From assembly GCF_009834535.1 (NCBI RefSeq), contig NC_045696.1, forward strand, positions 58,282,001-58,346,000: a DNA stretch of 64,000 nt, in the 5' to 3' direction. Position 1 is the stretch's first letter, and each line of letters starts with the position of its first letter. Below the pieces are notes generated by a model. The model saw only the letters and a list, made by a program, of their open reading frames with translations. It was not told the DNA's origin and made no database searches. Shown here in pieces: positions 61,230 through 64,000 of this stretch. The translations under genes and the position numbers were made by a program. Source of the stretch: Camelus ferus (taxonomy: Eukaryota).

Positions 61230-61650
61230 TCAAAAGTTGTCTAAATGACCCATGTTAAAAAGAAGCATGCATTTTCCACTTCTAGAAAACTGTTCTGAGG
61301 AAATAATCATCAATAGGCACAAAGATTTATATACAAGGATGTTCACTGCAGCATTATTTATAACAGTAAAAAATGGTTTACAACCTACATGGCCAACCCA
61401 CAGGAGATTCATTAAATAAATTATGATACATCCATGTGATGGAATACCGGGCAGCCACTAAAAAGCCCATTTTAGAAAAATGCTTGAGACATGGGGAAAT
61501 TATCACAATATGTTATTAAATGAAAAGGGCTGGTTACAAAACAACACAGACAGTACAATCACAATCTTACTACACATGTATCTAGAAAGAAATACGTAAA
61601 ACTGTTGAATGAATATGCATTACTTTTATAAATGCTGTTTAAGAAAAAAA
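61230..61650 (+). mobile_element. L1ME-type LINE 3' fragment
   Basis: 'tacaaggatgttcactgcagcattatttataacag...taaataaattatgatacatccatgtgatggaatac'. Confidence 0.82.
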
Positions 61651-61872
61651 AATGATCACAAAGAAGTTACACAAGGGAGCTCCCACAATCAGCTTATAAT
61701 AGAAAGTCATTAAATTCAGAACACAGGGACACAAACAGTAGCTATGATCCGAACGCCAGGAGCTCTAGCTGATGCCTACTAGAAAGGACCTGGTTGTTTT
61801 GAAGGGCTGAGGCCAAAGAGATTCTGCACGCCATTGGCATGAGGCCAGGTGGAACCTAGGAAAGATTTAGGT

Positions 61873-62035
61873 CAGTGGCTGTCAACCATGGCTGCATATT
61901 AGGAGCTAAAAAAAAAAAAAAAAACAAAAACCAATGCCAGGCTCCAGCCTCAGGAATTCTGACTCAATTAAGGTCTAGGATGAGGCTGGCCATCTATATG
62001 TCTTCAAAGCGCTCCAGATGATTCTAATAGGAACC
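61873..62035. mobile_element. MER5B-like element with an internal A-run
   Basis: 'cagtggctgtcaaccatggctgcatattag...aattctgactcaatt...gctccagatgattctaat'. Confidence 0.7.
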
Positions 62036-64000
62036 AGTGAATTAGTGTTGAGTGGGACCAAGCTACTGTTGCCTGTACACAGAGGTCACTTCAGCCTTGC
62101 TCTCTAGACTGAGCCCAGCATATGAAGAGAGACTCACTCTGGAAGCAAAAGAGATGCTAAAAGGAAGCAGATGGCCCCAGGGCATCTGGTCTATGCAGGA
62201 AAATGACCTTTGGTCTTGGGGACATTCACAGAACTGTTCCTTTGAGCTGGCCTGTTTGGGAGCTTTTGCCATAAGGACACTGCTCTTCATGCAGATTCTT
62301 GATGGGGCCCCGGGTTACCAGCTGACTCCATAAACTGCAAGTGCAGGTGGCTCTACAAAAGGGAGAAAGGAAGAAAACCAAGGTCCTGGGAAAGCTACAG
62401 GGATCTGACCCTGCAGAAGCCAGAACTGGTGGTATTTTCCTCTCTCCTGCTTTTGGGCAGAAACACACCCTGGCCAATAGAGCAACGTGTGAGCCTTGAA
62501 GGCAGTCTGCTTCGGGGTGGATGAGATCTCGTGGAAGGCTCCTAGTTTCCCCTGGCACCTTGAGGGAAGAGGAGCAGAAGGAAGAGGCTGCTAGAAACAA
62601 GTTTGTATTAAACGATAAGATCTCCCCAGCTTCTCACTACAGGCGTAGAGTTACTTAAGGCACCAAAAGAAGGGAAAGAAGAGTCTGGAGTCAGATGCTT
62701 TACACACTGGATCCACCCATCCCTGAATAATTGAGAACCAACTGCAGCTCTTTTGTACTTAAAGCAGGGCTCCTGGGGGGCCTCAAGACAATGACTAGTG
62801 CAGTTTGGAGGGAGTTTTTGGCTCAGGTGGATCAGTGGTGTTAGCAAGTAAGGATGGATGTAAGTTGCTACCCAACCAGCCATTTCCCTGAAGCTATCTC
62901 CCTTAGGGCAACCTCACTTCAACTCTGGCAGAAGAACAGAGCTGCAGGTCATTCAAAATACTGAATGATCAAACTGTTACACAGCCTTATAATGCATTGC
63001 ATTTATGTTTATACGTGGATGTATATGAGTATATTTACATACACACATATACCTAATATGTAGCAGATTTACTTTCCAAATGATGTTTGGCTCAGGTTGA
63101 GACTAAAAGGACAATCCACTTTCTGAAGATACTGGCAATCAGATGGGTTACCAATAGTGGAGCTAGATGCTGGATGTAACTAGAAGCCGGCCTGAGACAA
63201 AACATTCCCCACAAGTAATCCACAAAAAAGGAAATTAACCACTCCTGGAAAATCAAGAAGTGACTGTAATCTCTATTCAAGATGGAGAAGGCTCCCTCAT
63301 TTCTAACCCAGCCTCCTCCTTTGGGGATTTAAACCTATCTCCTCTAATTTGATCCTCAGGGGATGGCAGAACAGATGGTCACCAGCCATCCTCCAGTACC
63401 AGCCCTTCCTATCTCACAAGAGGCCAGAGACAGTCTTGGTTCAAATGCAAAGATATTCTGATAATATTGAGAAGGCTTCAAATTCAAATGAGTTCCAGGT
63501 GCAAGTCTGATTAAGTCATCCTTATTAAACACAGATCAATGAGGGCAGTGTCTTGGTGGGACTCAGCACACAGCTTTGCCTTTAAAGCTTTCACGTGCTC
63601 AGGGAAAGCCTAGTGGAATCCTTGTCCTCCTGTTTCAAGTCAGAGTGGAGGAGGATGTGAAGTCCAACTGCTGGGAAGTGTGCTCAAGGTCAAATTCTCC
63701 CATGCCCAATCACCATCCCTCCCAGGTCCCTGCTTTCCCTACTGTGCCCAGCAGCAAACTGGACTGGAAGCCATCTTTTTTTCCCCCACTCTGGAGGTAC
63801 CAAGTGTCATCATTTCTCATTGGTGAGCCCCTGACTAATGTCAGGATTAAGTGCATTCTGCAAGGTTTGATTTTCATCTCTCACGCTCACTGAAGCAAAG
63901 CACTAAAGCAGAGAAAGAGGAGCAGACACGACAGAGCCACAGGAAGTCTGGCATCCCCTTCCCTTTCAGAACTCTGCTCCCAGCTGGTACTTTCTAGCAT

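Overview
Mammalian genomic DNA, most likely camelid (camel/alpaca/llama). The taxon call rests on a vic-1-type tRNA-derived SINE with a perfect 12-bp target-site duplication at 31513-31639 and on artiodactyl-type L1 3' ends. The window reads as intronic or intergenic sequence of roughly balanced GC content. It is rich in old eutherian repeats (MIR, L2, L3/CR1, MER5/MER20/MER53/MER102/MER117, Tigger1, MLT1/MLT2 solo LTRs, L1M fragments), with a few younger L1 insertions and microsatellites. I recognise no host protein-coding exon and name no gene. The only ORFs I can place are L1 ORF2 C-terminal remnants and a decayed L3/CR1 reverse-transcriptase fragment. The most interesting non-repeat signals are (i) a CpG-enriched, promoter-like block at about 33.6-35.0 kb with a minus-strand non-coding exon candidate and Z-DNA/G4-prone repeats, (ii) an AT-rich island at about 26.0-27.3 kb with a minus-strand TATA box, splice donors and a perfect CArG box, and (iii) a well-preserved MER53 hairpin resembling miR-1302. 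I see no convincing evidence of a novel biological system. Repeat names come from recalled consensus sequences, and their boundaries are approximate unless a TSD or TIR is given.
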